DNA of 64,000 bases, from positions 1-64,000 of the forward strand of contig NOWV01000121.1 of assembly GCA_003344405.1 (NCBI GenBank), read 5' to 3'. Shown piece by piece: positions 27,809 to 40,412 of the stretch. The notes under the pieces were generated by a model. That model saw only the letters and a program-made list of their open reading frames with translations. It ran no database searches and was not told the DNA's origin. Origin of the DNA: Trichoplax sp. H2. Its lineage: Eukaryota. Position 1 is the first letter of the stretch; each line of letters begins with the position of its first letter. The position numbers and the translations under genes are program-made.

Positions 27809-28021
27809 ATGTCTTCAATTCAGTATCAGAATATAACTAGTGAAGATTTCATTCCTGCTGCAACTGTAAAAATTACCAAGCGTTACAGACGTAGTAGAAG
27901 AAGACCAATGGTAAAGAATGAGGTGCAAGTCCATTTAGTTGTAGCGTATTTAATAGTAGCGCTGTTTGTCATTGCGATGATTGGATTATTGGCGTATCTG
28001 TATCGAGAACAGCCGCAATAG
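27809..28021 (+). CDS. 70-aa microprotein with a C-terminal transmembrane helix (paralog B), unknown family
   Basis: MSSIQYQNITSEDFIPAATVKITKRYRRSRRRPMVKNEVQVHLVVAYLIVALFVIAMIGLLAYLYREQPQ*. Start context ACAAAATG; basic patch before the TM helix; clearly paralogous to 20578-20778. Confidence 0.78.
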   Translation: MSSIQYQNITSEDFIPAATVKITKRYRRSRRRPMVKNEVQVHLVVAYLIVALFVIAMIGLLAYLYREQPQ

Positions 28022-29723
28022 CATTTAGCTTCAATAAGAATCGTATACTAAACTGGGTGATGTAGTAATAGTTAATTAATATAACCGTATGAATCATTCC
28101 ACAACATCAGTGCTTATCTTCTTTACGGTTATATTGCAGATATAATTGCAATAAGACTTCTCTCAATAATAGTAACCTGGATATAGTAACACCATAGCTT
28201 TCTTTTCCAATTTCTATTTCGATGGATTGTAATTGAAAATATGATAACTAGAGCATCCGAAACGTCATACTTATACCAATATATTTATATTTATCAAACA
28301 TAAACTGCAATGGAAGGTTTAACTTCTAGTTTCCATCCAAAGCTGTCTTTCTTACAATTTCATATCAATCTAAATATAAAGCACCGTAATGTCTCTTACA
28401 ACATTTTCAAGATTATCCGATTATTACAGCAAATAATTAGATAAAAAATAGTTGCCTAATACTTTATACTTATTAATTACATATTACAAATAGACTATAT
28501 TTTGAGGCACTTCATTCTTATTTCAATCAGAACTTTTTTCTGATAAGAATAAACGATTAGTGCAATCGTGCTGACATTGTTTTAAGTGCGATCAGATCTA
28601 TCAATAAAAGATTGCGGGATGATCACTTTGCAATCCATCCCAATTGAATGCAGTTTATAATGCTACCATTATTACGACTGTATTACTTTGTATATGGATT
28701 ATGTCAACATGTTTACTTTGTCTTCGTTTTCATTTCGATGGCCAAATATTAGAAATACATTGAATTACAAAAAGTTTTTGATTATGTATCAAATTAACCT
28801 GCCTAGCTTTAATTTTAACGAATATTCTTTTATCTTGATATTGAAATATAATATAAATCTTTGTAGCAACATTTTAATAGTGATAAGATTATGAGTGTAT
28901 TCTATCTAAAACTGAATTTTAATAGAAATATTTCAAAGGAACTGCATCATTCATTTATCGACTGTACGCAGAATTTAATAATGTAGCAACACACGAACAC
29001 TTGAAAGATTATATTAACGCTCGCCAAGATTTTATTGATAACCTGTGAGAACTAAATCATTACAGTAAAACGGTCAAATAGTTATAGCAGACTTTCACAA
29101 CCCTTAATTATATTGATAAACTAATCCTAATTTTAGCTAATGTGCTTTAATATGTAATACGCTTTCTTTTATGGTTATGTGGTAGATTTTTAACTAATGT
29201 ATCGGAATAAATTTCGAGATTGTTATGCAAATGTGATAAACTGCTAGCTTTAAATAAATCACTTAATGATTTTTTAAAGATGACTGATTAACATTACCGC
29301 ACTGCACAACTTCATTACCTAACAATCATAAATGAAGGGTTAGCAGATATGTTCGTAAATTGTTATTTAGTTTAATAATGGTACGCAGCTTGCTATATAC
29401 AGCACTATATTTGTTCAAATACTGAGGTGTGCTCATGTAATTTCAATAAGACAGTGAGATCGTAAAATCAAACTTGATGATGGTCATTATTACGAATTTA
29501 CGATACAGTAGATAATTTTAGTGCTACCAAGTTTATCGAAACAAGTTTATTTCATGTGCGAGTACGCCAGAGAGAAAATATTACAGCCTATACCAGTACC
29601 AGTAATCTAGTATACTGTTAAGTGGCACCTTGAACAAAGTCTTGTTTAATAGCGGATAGAAATAGCTAAGATTCGAAGAGTGTTTAACTGATACAGGTAA
29701 TGATTTAAACGGAATAAAATGGT

Positions 29724-29743
29724 NNNNNNNNNNNNNNNNNNNN
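29724..29743. other. Assembly gap (20 N)
   Basis: Run of 20 n characters. Confidence 1.
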
Positions 29744-30052
29744 AACGGTCAAATAGTTATAGCAGACTTTCACAACCTTAATTATATTGATAAACTAATC
29801 CTAATGTTAACTAATGTGCTTTAATATGTAATACGCTTTCTTTTATGGTTATATGGTAGATTTTTAACTAATGTATCGGAATAAATTTCGAGATTATTAT
29901 GCAAATGTGATAAACTGCCAGCTTTTAATAAATCACTTAATGATTTTTTTAAAATGACTGATTAACATTACCGCACTGCACAACTTCATTACCTAACAAT
30001 CATAAATGAAGGGTTAGCAGATATGTTCGTAAATTGTTATTTAGTTCAATAA

Positions 30053-30457
30053 GGGACATCTCTACGCTTATATCTGTCGACTATAGAGTCCGAAACTAGT
30101 TCGTACCTGTTTCAGAAATGTTCAACCATTGTTATATTCAGCATTAACGGTTAACAGTGAAGTTCTTTAACGCGCAGTATAAGTCGTACGGCGTATACTA
30201 TACATTTTTCAGTGGCTATACCCTACTCCCACAGGATTATGAAGTAAAAATTACAAGTACATACAGTAAGCGAAGTATAACAAGCGTGGGCTCGCCAGAT
30301 ATTTATTTTTCGCTACATAATATCGCTATTACCGTCAGTCCTAAGTTAGTCCTAATTCTTACTGCATCATAACTACAGATTTGCTTAACTACACGTAGAA
30401 CTCTTATTAAAAGCCAATTCACTATCGCGAGCTAATTTCAAAGAACATAGCTCACTC
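30053..30457. mobile_element. 405-bp segment present in only one copy of the duplication, flanked by AATAA direct repeats (possible insertion)
   Basis: Empty site ttagttTAATAAtggtacg (~29367-29385); filled site ttagttCAATAA[GGGACATC...GCTCACTC]TAATAAtggtacg. No clear terminal inverted repeats and no poly(A) tail. Confidence 0.45.
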
Positions 30458-33400
30458 TAATAATGGTACGCAGCTTGCTATACAGCACTATATTTGTTTA
30501 AATACTGAGGTGTGCTCATGTAATTTTAATAAGACAGTGAGATTGTAAAATCAAACTTGATGATGGTCATTATTACGAATTTACGATACAGTAGATAATT
30601 TTAGTGCTACCAAGTTTATCGAAACAAGTTTTTTTCATGTGCGAGTACGCCAGGGAGAAAATATTACAGCCTATACCAGTACCAGTAATCTAGTATACCG
30701 TTAAGTGGCACCTTGAACAAAGTCTTGTTTAATAGCGGATAGAAATAGCTAAGATTCGAAGAGTGTTTAACCGATACAGGTAATGATTTAAACGGAATAA
30801 AATGGTTTCAAGAAAATTGAAACATGAATTGGAACATTAACCGACTTAGAGCTTAGCCAAAGATTTACAGAACGCCTTATTGTACAGGTACCGTACCAGG
30901 TTTAAGCGGGTACACTAATCAGTTACTTGACAGCTTAGGCTCATATACTTAGGCTCGAAAACATCAGGAACAGGACGAAGATTCTGCAACTAGAGAAGCA
31001 GGCACATCAATATAAGGAAAGGAGATAGGAAAATTTTAAAGGGTTGACGGGTTGTAAGAAAATTTGACTTTAAAAGCAAACAGAATTGCCATGATACAGA
31101 CAATAAAGAGCCATTTGTCATGCTAGACGATGCACAAAGTGGCTTTCGTGTCTTTAGGACGATGATAACTCGCTTGACTTCATCTCAAATATACGTATTA
31201 GTATATTTTGATAATTAAAATTTATGACTTTCTTCAATTTGAATTACTTACTCGTATTTGCCATTCCCCCGCTTGTAAACTTAAATTGTAAATGAGCTTA
31301 CTTTTTCTATCATAGAATATGTTGATTTTACAGCAACGTAATCGACTTATAAAACCGTATTCTATTTGAGCACTCCTTCAAACATTTTGACGAGTAAATG
31401 CGATTTTTGTACAATACGGCGACTCATTCAAATAATTTTAATAATTTCCCACTTTTCGTATGACTTGGGAGCCAAAATATTCCGTGATAGAAATAGTAAA
31501 CTTTTAATAGCTTAAGCTCCCGTAAGAAAGATAATGCTGAATACGAGTAATATATCTAGGTACTTTAAATTAACAAAAAATTTCGAAGTCTCGAAATATT
31601 TGAATATACCTATGCACTATTAGGTTAAAACCAGGTAAGAATCATTTTTCCGGGCGTTCAAAAGGCATTATATATTAAACCACAGAGGTAAAAGCCTATC
31701 GATTATCCTCTACATCTTCGGTATTTGTTGTATGTTAATAAATTGATTCTTAAAAATGTTATATGGACTAATTTACTGTCTTAAGAATCTGTAAAAAAGC
31801 ATAACGGTATCTGGCCTTTGATACAGTAATCATGATTCAACTGGGCTTGTGTGTGATCGTGAAAGTGCGCTTTGATTAATTACCGAAGTAGTGAATATAG
31901 TGGGATCGCCTTGTCATTTACATCATTGTAGTATAGTACCGGTACATAATTTTTAACCTAGTAGTTACAGAGTAATTTACAGAGCTAAACTGTACCAGAT
32001 CAATAGTCTATGGCTATTAAATATTTATACACGTAGTTACTAAACAGCTTCTGACAACGCCTGCGTTTATTTTCCATAATTACATTTATAGATTATAAAT
32101 TGCAATTAAAGCGGAAGTGCTACCGTCATAGTCGTCCGTAACATAAGCATATACCGTATAATTTGGTTAATTCAATTATTTTTGTTCATGTTTTTCAGCA
32201 ATAAGTATTATTACAAAAATGGAGACGTGCGTATTGATATACAATATAGTACTAAGGTGCTAAATACTCCTGATCAATATGTTCTACTTGTATTTTTATA
32301 CTCTACTGTCTGTAGATCATTGTGATCACTTACGCTGAGTTATGCGCAACATCAGTTGTTAGATGTTAGATCTGAACGTATACTGATATCTGTTAAGATA
32401 GAATACAATATGCATAAGTACTTTATGTCTCCCATTTAAAATTAAACTTAAAGCCTGCGGCGACGTTATAATTCATTATAGTCATTACATTGTTAGTCTA
32501 TGAAAAGAAGAATATCCCTATGCAAATAATCATATTTTATTCTTTAATAGGCAAACATCATATCCCTACTAAAAGCACTATATGTCTGTAGTCGTATTGT
32601 GTCCGTATATTTATAATCACTCTGAATGATGTAGGCAATTGACGTACTGTAAATGTAGTTTAATTTCATCAATGAACTTAATCAGGAACGAAATTTTAAC
32701 ACAACAGCAACAATCAAGTACTGACTTAGATGAAATTTATGACTGTACTGTACATTGTACAGTGTATAGTATAAGCCTACATAAGACCATATTAGCTTAT
32801 CATAAGAATGAAAAATAAATTGTATGCTGTTTCCTTACAAACTAATCACTACTTACAATAAAATACGGCAATACAACAGTAGTAATAAGACGATAATCTA
32901 TTTTAGAAATTGATATACGTTTTAGACTGTCTTTCATGCTAGGATTAGGGTCAACAAATTTTTCAACGCTGTTATGGATTACACTGTAATATACGTTGCT
33001 CGGGAGATGTAGTGTACTGTATTTAATGTATTGCTATGGCTAATTATAACAATTATTAATCTAGGCTGTCAGTTGACTCCTCCTTTTAATTATGTTTTTA
33101 TAGTAATATCGAAGAATAGAAAATAATTTATATATAGATGTGATGCATAACAATACTTTTAGCTAGAAAATGGAGAGATTCACCATAATTTAAAACCCTC
33201 CTTCTACTGTCGTGTCTACTTATGCGTATACGTTATTGACGTGCATTGTAGTCCTTAATAAACAAAAGAAAGTGTACTGGGCTTCCGCTGGTGCGTTTAT
33301 TCTATGCACTTCTATGTCAAATAGCATTTTATACTTCTGTCTTAGACTATTTTCTCACTAACACCTGTAGATAACAAATCAATGAATTTTACGTCCTAAA

Positions 33401-33682
33401 AGTTGGTGTTACGAAGCAGTTGACTTTCCAAAGAATAATATTAAGAAAAATCATTAAATCTTAACCCTGTATTTTTTAGTTCTTCTTTTTTACCAAATGG
33501 ATGATAATTAACTTACACATATTGTAGTCTAAGAAATAATTTGATTTCATTAGGCCGCCCTTATTAAATTATTTAAACATCTTCGCATAAAATCATCCTA
33601 GTTTTCTGTTTAGTCAATTCTTTGATTTATTTGGTTATTAGTACTTTACTATTTAACCGAAGAAACCAAACTTAACTTCACT

Positions 33683-36600
33683 ATGGTATCCCAAACTAAG
33701 TATCACCAGTTACCTAAGGAAGATGAAAGCAAAGAGAACGAAGGAGAAATGGGCGAACAGAAGCAAGGTCAAGTGACTATTAACTATTTTTGTGGTCGTC
33801 GTCAAGTACCACGGAAAGACTTCTACTTGATCATGGTTACTTTAATCGTCGTCTCAATGATTCTACTTGCGCTGTTTATTACCGCCGCTGCTCGACATCA
33901 TAAATCTCAAAGGCCATCGCAAAAGCACGGACATTCAAGAGTCACTCCATCACCGACTTTGCCTTTTCCCTATAAAAGTTTTCGATTACCGGCGTACATT
34001 CGTCCAAACCATTATTTAATTGACTTGCGCCCGAACTATGATCAGCTAACAACTGCTGGTAACGTTTCAATCAACGTTACCAGTAGTAAAAAATCGAATT
34101 TTATTATTTTACACAAGAAACATGTCAACATTCTTGATGTTAAAGTCTCAGAATTAAATAGCAAGAAAGATATCAAAGTCATAAAAACTGATGAATATCA
34201 CAAATATAATTTCTACTACATCAAGTTAGAACACTACTTACAACCTAATAAAGGCTATCTTATTCACGTAAGATTTACAAGTCAAATAAAGACTAAAATA
34301 CTTCATGGATTGTATCGCAGTCATTACCGAGCAGCAAGCGGAATGACCAGGTTATATATCTCTTATTAAATTATATTTTTTAATTGACGTATGTTATTGA
34401 AGTATGTTAATACTAAATGACTAAGATTGGAGTATAGCGTTTTATTAATTTGATTGAACTTCAGTTTCTTCAGTGCAAATAGTGTAGCGAAAAATATAGC
34501 TCTATTATAGCATTACTGTTAATATGCGATTTATGTTAACTATTTTGCTCCTGCTAGCAGAAGATAATAATTAAAGTTTCAAATTGTTATATTCTACAAT
34601 AAATTACTGTACCGTAGACCGTAGATAAATATAATCATTCTAATGTAAAGAATACTGATTTCATCTTTTAAGTTCGGGTAAATTTCCTATCTCCCACGAC
34701 TACTTCAAGTTCAAACTACCGATCATTTGTTTATTAATTTTACAGTATAATGACCACACTCGTTTCGGCAGTGATAATTGTTTGATTATTCTCAAGCTAT
34801 GATTAAATTCTGTACCGTCCATACTCCCGTAAATTGTTAAGCATATCTTCATTATGATGGATTATATTTATGATGTAAAAATGGTTATATATATTTATCT
34901 ATGTTATAATTACAATTGCTCATTATAAATCGTTATATCACATTAAATCATTATAAGACTCACACTAGATAGACATTATTAGAGGGGAAACCTGTAAGAA
35001 AAGCCTGAAACGGTAGGTGATTTACTTTACTAATAAGTATTACCTTTTTCTGTTACAGATATTTGTACAGTACCCACTTGGAAGCCACTCACGCTCGAGA
35101 AATATTTCCTTGTTTTGACGAACCAGCTATGAAAGCAATTTTCACACTGACAATCACTTCACCTCCTGGCTATACAGCTATTTCCAACAGTGAAATTCAT
35201 AAGAAGAAAGTTTTACAGAATAATTATACATTAAATGAATTTCATCCTACTCCTCCAATGAGCACTTACTTAGTTGCCTTGGTAGTATCTGATTTTAAAA
35301 ACCTTGAAGGAAGAACTATAAATAACGTTCGCGTAAGTCAATCTCAATTTTACCATCATATCCGTTTTCCTGTATCACATAATTATTGTTTAAATTTAGG
35401 TTAGAACATGGGCAAATCCGCTTATGTACAAGTATACGAACTATTCGTTACATGTAACAATGAAGGTCATCCCTTTCTATGGAAAAACGTTCGGGGTAGC
35501 CTATCCTTTGCCTAAGATGGGTATATATGGTTTACTTTGATAATTTTACACGTATTAATTAGCTCATTTACGTCTATTTCGGTATTAAAGTATATAGATT
35601 TATATGTTTCTTCTTATATAATATAATGTAAAGACTACTAATCAAATCTTATTTGAATTAGATCTGGTTGCTATACCGGAATTTGCTGCTGGAGCTATGG
35701 AAAACTGGGGATTAATCTTATACAGGGAAACATCAATGATATATAATAAATGGGTTAATACTTTGCGTACAAAGCAGTGGGTAACTGTTGTAGTTGCACA
35801 TGAATTAGCACATCAGGTATAGTACAACCTATTTTCGTATTTATATTAGATGAACCTAAATTCATTTCTTTAGGTAGGGTATATTATAATTTTGCTTAAT
35901 ACAATCTAATTAGATCACTATTTTCTGGCTTTATAGTTATCTTAAATTGTATTGTACTAAGTGTTCTTTCTGCTTAAGTTGTATTACTGTACTAATATAT
36001 ATTATTTATTTTCTACTGAATATCTTTCTTGATTTATTATACTAGTGGTTTGGAAACTTAGTAACGATGAAATGGTGGAGTGATATTTGGCTTAATGAAG
36101 GTTTTGCAGCCTTTATGGAACATATTGGAACAAATCATGTTGCCCCTGAATTTCAAATGGTAGAATAATATTTACGATGAATTTTGTTAATTTGCTGTTT
36201 GGTCATATATAATTATGGACTCTTAGGACAATAATTGTTATTTATCTATCTCATGTTCTAACTAGTATGTTGTATACATAGATGAAGCAGTTTCTATTGC
36301 GAAATTTTCGTCGGGCACAGTATGCTGATAGTCTTCCTACGATACATCCTCTTGTATCTACGGCAACTAATAGCGATCAGATCGAGTCCTTATTTGACAG
36401 TATTTCCTATAAAAAGGTAGTCAAGACAAACTACTTTGTCGAAGAATTACAAACTGCTATTTCATAGTATAATTCTACAATATTATGCTGTGTAGTCATG
36501 CTATCTATTGGCTAATGTAGGGAAGTTGCCTTATAAGAATGGTGCGGGATTATTTAGGCATAACAAACTTTAATCAAGGAATTCGCCATTATTTATCTAC

Positions 36601-39600
36601 ATATAAGTATAAGAATGCAGATCATAATAACCTATGGCAGGCTCTACAATGGGCAAGTAAAATTTGATTGATTTTATTTTTATGATGAAGGGATTAGGTA
36701 CACCTGTTTACCATCTGGATATATACGTACAACATTTACTAAGTTGAGGCTTTTAAAATAATAGGCTAGCCATGGTAAAGTTAATATCTCTTCGATGATG
36801 AGTACTTGGGCCTTGCAACCTGGCTATCCAGTAGTAACTCTTGGAAGTCATAATAACAATGGTACAGCAACTATTAGTCAGCAAAGATTTCTGTCCGTTC
36901 GAAAATCGAAATCTGGGGATTACGGGTCGATAACTGCCTCGTGAGTAGATGCGGTCACTATTTTTATAATATTCAAAGAAGTCTTTCAAGAATTAGGCAG
37001 CAACATAGCATTAGCTTAAAGTTATTACGAAGATACAGTCGGAAATGCAAATTGTTTATATATCTACGTGCTATAACTTTCTATCTATTTCGATAAGCGA
37101 TACTAGCGATGTTTGTACTTCGATCTTGGCACGTGAGATTTAAAAATAAATTAGATATTAAATTCGCTAATATTAATATTATCTTATCATTTTAACCAAT
37201 ACCAGGTCCCTTTGGCATATTCCCATATCATTTCAGACAAAAAATAACCGGACTGGTAAATTCATGTTGTTGAAAAGGGCCGGTATGTTTCAAGATAACT
37301 AAAATACATCAATGCAATATATATATCAATTAACTATCGGTATCAGCCGGATAGAATTTCGTAGCTATTAACTGCAAATCATTAAATAAACATAAATTGT
37401 AACTTGGTAGCTAGTACTACCTTTTAGAATGTTTTCATATATATTTGATCAAAGCAGTGAATAGCCAATTTGCACCGTGTGCATAATTGCTAGGCGCTAT
37501 CAACCGAGTATTCGTGAATACTAGTAGTATTTTCTAATTTGTTTTAATAAATCATAAATGTTTATTTCAGATATTTTTCCGTGGAAAAATACTGATGGAT
37601 GGATAAAATTGAACTCTAACCAAATCGGCTATTTTACTGTTAATTATAACATCCAAAATTGGAATTCGCTGACAGATCAGTTAAAGAAAGATTTTTTGGT
37701 AATACATTGAAATTGAATAAATACAATAGCTTTATGATAGTAAAATAGACCATCAAACTGTTCCATCTATTTAAAATCTAGGACCAAAAATAAATACATT
37801 TGCGATTATAAACTAATACATAATAGTTTTATATTTATACTCGTACGATAGTATGATGATTTATTTGGGAAAAGGTATTCCACTTGCGTTATTATATTCT
37901 TAAAAATTGAACTATAACGCCAACTAAATCGGTATTAAGCGAAAATTATTGAATTTACGAACGAAATTAGACAATTATCGCTATTACCGTAAAAATTGTC
38001 GGAATGTTTATAAGTTATTCATTAATTCAGTATGATGACCAAATTATTGCGACTTTTTGATATTACAGGTGTTCAATGACATAGATCGCTATCAGCTCTT
38101 AGGCGACACTTACATGTTAGCTAGGTATGTGAGAACATATTGCGGATATTGTAAGATATGCAATGCATTAACCAAACCGGGAAACTGTTATCAAATAGGC
38201 CTGGCCTGCTAACCATAAAAGTCTTCCTTAATATGACAACCTACCTATTTAAAGAAAAAAATTATCTTCCCCTATACGCCGGTTTATATAGTTTAAGCGC
38301 AATCAAGCAGGCGATGTCATATAACAAAATTATCCACCAAAAATTCGAGGTAACTGTTTAATGATCAAATGTTAAATAGTTTGCTTTCCTATAAATTTTT
38401 AAAACCTTGACGTAATTATTAAAAAGATCCAGAAAATAAACTACAGTGCATAGACTGCCATTATTAATAATCGATTATTGATTTCTAATTACCATTTATG
38501 GTTAGTAGTCAAATCCTTATTATTGATCTATTATCGTAATAACCAAATCTAGGCATATATCTATCGTTTGATACGACCTCAGATTCAGAGATTAGGCTGG
38601 AAACATCAAGCTTCGTATTTGCAGAGGTAACTAGATTTTATTACTTGTCTTGTTTATCATTATAATTATTAGCGTTCTCTTATTGATATCTACAACTTCA
38701 TGAAGGACTGCAGTTTACTATCACTTTTTTCATCTATAGTTTTCGCGGACTTGTATTTTGATTAATTACTTTATAATCCATCTAGTAAATTACAACATCT
38801 AATTTTGGTCTATGGCGTTCACTACAACGATAGTACAATAAAGTCATATAGTTTATCAGCTTATCATCAGTGGGTTTATAATAATACCAGGTAAGACTTA
38901 ATAATTGCGTATCGCTTGTAGTTTTTAAATTGAAATCAATAATCCAGAATAGGTGATAAAGCTATTGAAGTAGTTTAATCTCAGTAATTCTAAGGATTTA
39001 TGAATACAGTTATTATATTGTAATTGAAAAATTTTATATAAGATAATTTTATATTAGATAACTTAGCGCGATTGTTTCGTATCATAGACTGCCTACGAAA
39101 TTTCGTAGCCTTATCCTATCGGTAGCTATGAAATATGGTGGGCAACCGGCAGAAAAAGTTATGATGGATAAATATTTACATACAAGTTCATCATCTATGA
39201 AACGTTTATACTTTGCAATAATGGCTACATCAAAAGATCCTACATTTCTAAACAAGTATGGAATATAGCTACATAATTAAATAAGCAAATAAGTTTGTGA
39301 AATGAACTGAAAAATGTCTTGTAATAGCAGAAATTAGAAATCTATTAAATGTTAAAATTTTAATCGATCAGAGCAACAGTGCTTCTATACTTTTATATTA
39401 TCTATTTTTGCTTAAGATTTCAATCTTTTCTTGGCTTTTTAGGCTATTGGTCATGACTTTGGATCCCAGTAAAGTAAGAATTGAAGAAACTGTAACGTAT
39501 ATGAGTTCTGTTGCTAGGAATTCTGTCGGATCTAAACTCTGCTGGGAATTCTATAAGAAGCATTTTCAAATTATTCATAAAAGGTATGCAATTATTATTA

Positions 39601-40412
39601 CTGATAATAATTATTGGGTAAATGACCTGAATAGATGAGTATCCCTAGTGATATATAAATGATGAGTATTGACGTCATTAAATTTATATATTAATATAAT
39701 AAAACATGATGTACTATTAATCTATTCATTTAAAACTGGAAGCGGTTATAGTAGTATTTTCTTTCTTGTTATAATCCTTAATATGTGTTGATAAGCGTAT
39801 ATAATTTGTTTAATAAAGCGCGATCGATCAAAGTTAGAGAGCTATTTATTATATATTGGAATGACTATCAAAGTATTAAAAAATATTTTCTACGTGACAT
39901 TGATTTACAGGTATAATTCAGAATCCTTTTCGTTATCTCACTTGATGAATTCTCTTACTTCCCGATTTAATACTGAAGCCCAGTACAAAGAGGTATCTAA
40001 ATAGCAATTTTCCATTATTTAATACTCGCACGTATGATATCCTAAAACTTAGTTCTTTAACAAGCTAATGTACTGGATGTTGCAGTATATTCGAATGCAC
40101 AATATGATTAACATTGTACATTAAGTATTTTTAAACGATATAATGACGTTTAACGCTTACTACCGTACTATTAAACAGAGCTTAATATAGAATGTAGAAA
40201 AGTAAAATTTCAGAAATAAGGATATTTATTATTTATATCTATCTTATAAAATCAATAATCATTAGGTAAAGGACTTTTATCGTGTGCATAATAATGTCGG
40301 CGTGGCAAAATCTACAATTCCAATTATCCTATCGAAAATCCGAGCTAGAATTGATTGGAAGATATTAAATGAGGCTGATGTAATACAGTGGGCAAACAAA
40401 CATTTAACTTAA
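33683..40412 (+). CDS. Type II membrane M1 zinc aminopeptidase, paralog 3 (canonical motifs), 18 exons
   Basis: Manual exons: 33683-34350, 35059-35332, 35400-35520, 35662-35816, 36046-36159, 36282-36416, 36521-36652, 36765-36940, 37206-37282, 37571-37698, 38069-38124, 38199-38349, 38553-38626, 38786-38890, 39088-39255, 39443-39583, 39911-39992, 40266-40412. Motifs: TM helix, [98 protein letters not shown]; ends at TAA. Intron 7 needs a GC donor. Confidence 0.95.

Larger units (their letters stand above)
29069..30805. repeat. ~655-bp duplication across an assembly gap (probable uncollapsed haplotypes)
   Basis: 29069-29723 is repeated at 29744-30805. The first copy ends exactly at the N run and the second begins exactly after it. 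I count roughly 15-20 small differences by eye, plus one large indel. Confidence 0.85.

Noticed and set aside
30157-30372. 71-aa ORF inside the 405-bp indel as a transposase fragment
   Set aside because: GTG start, in-frame stops just upstream, no recognisable motif.
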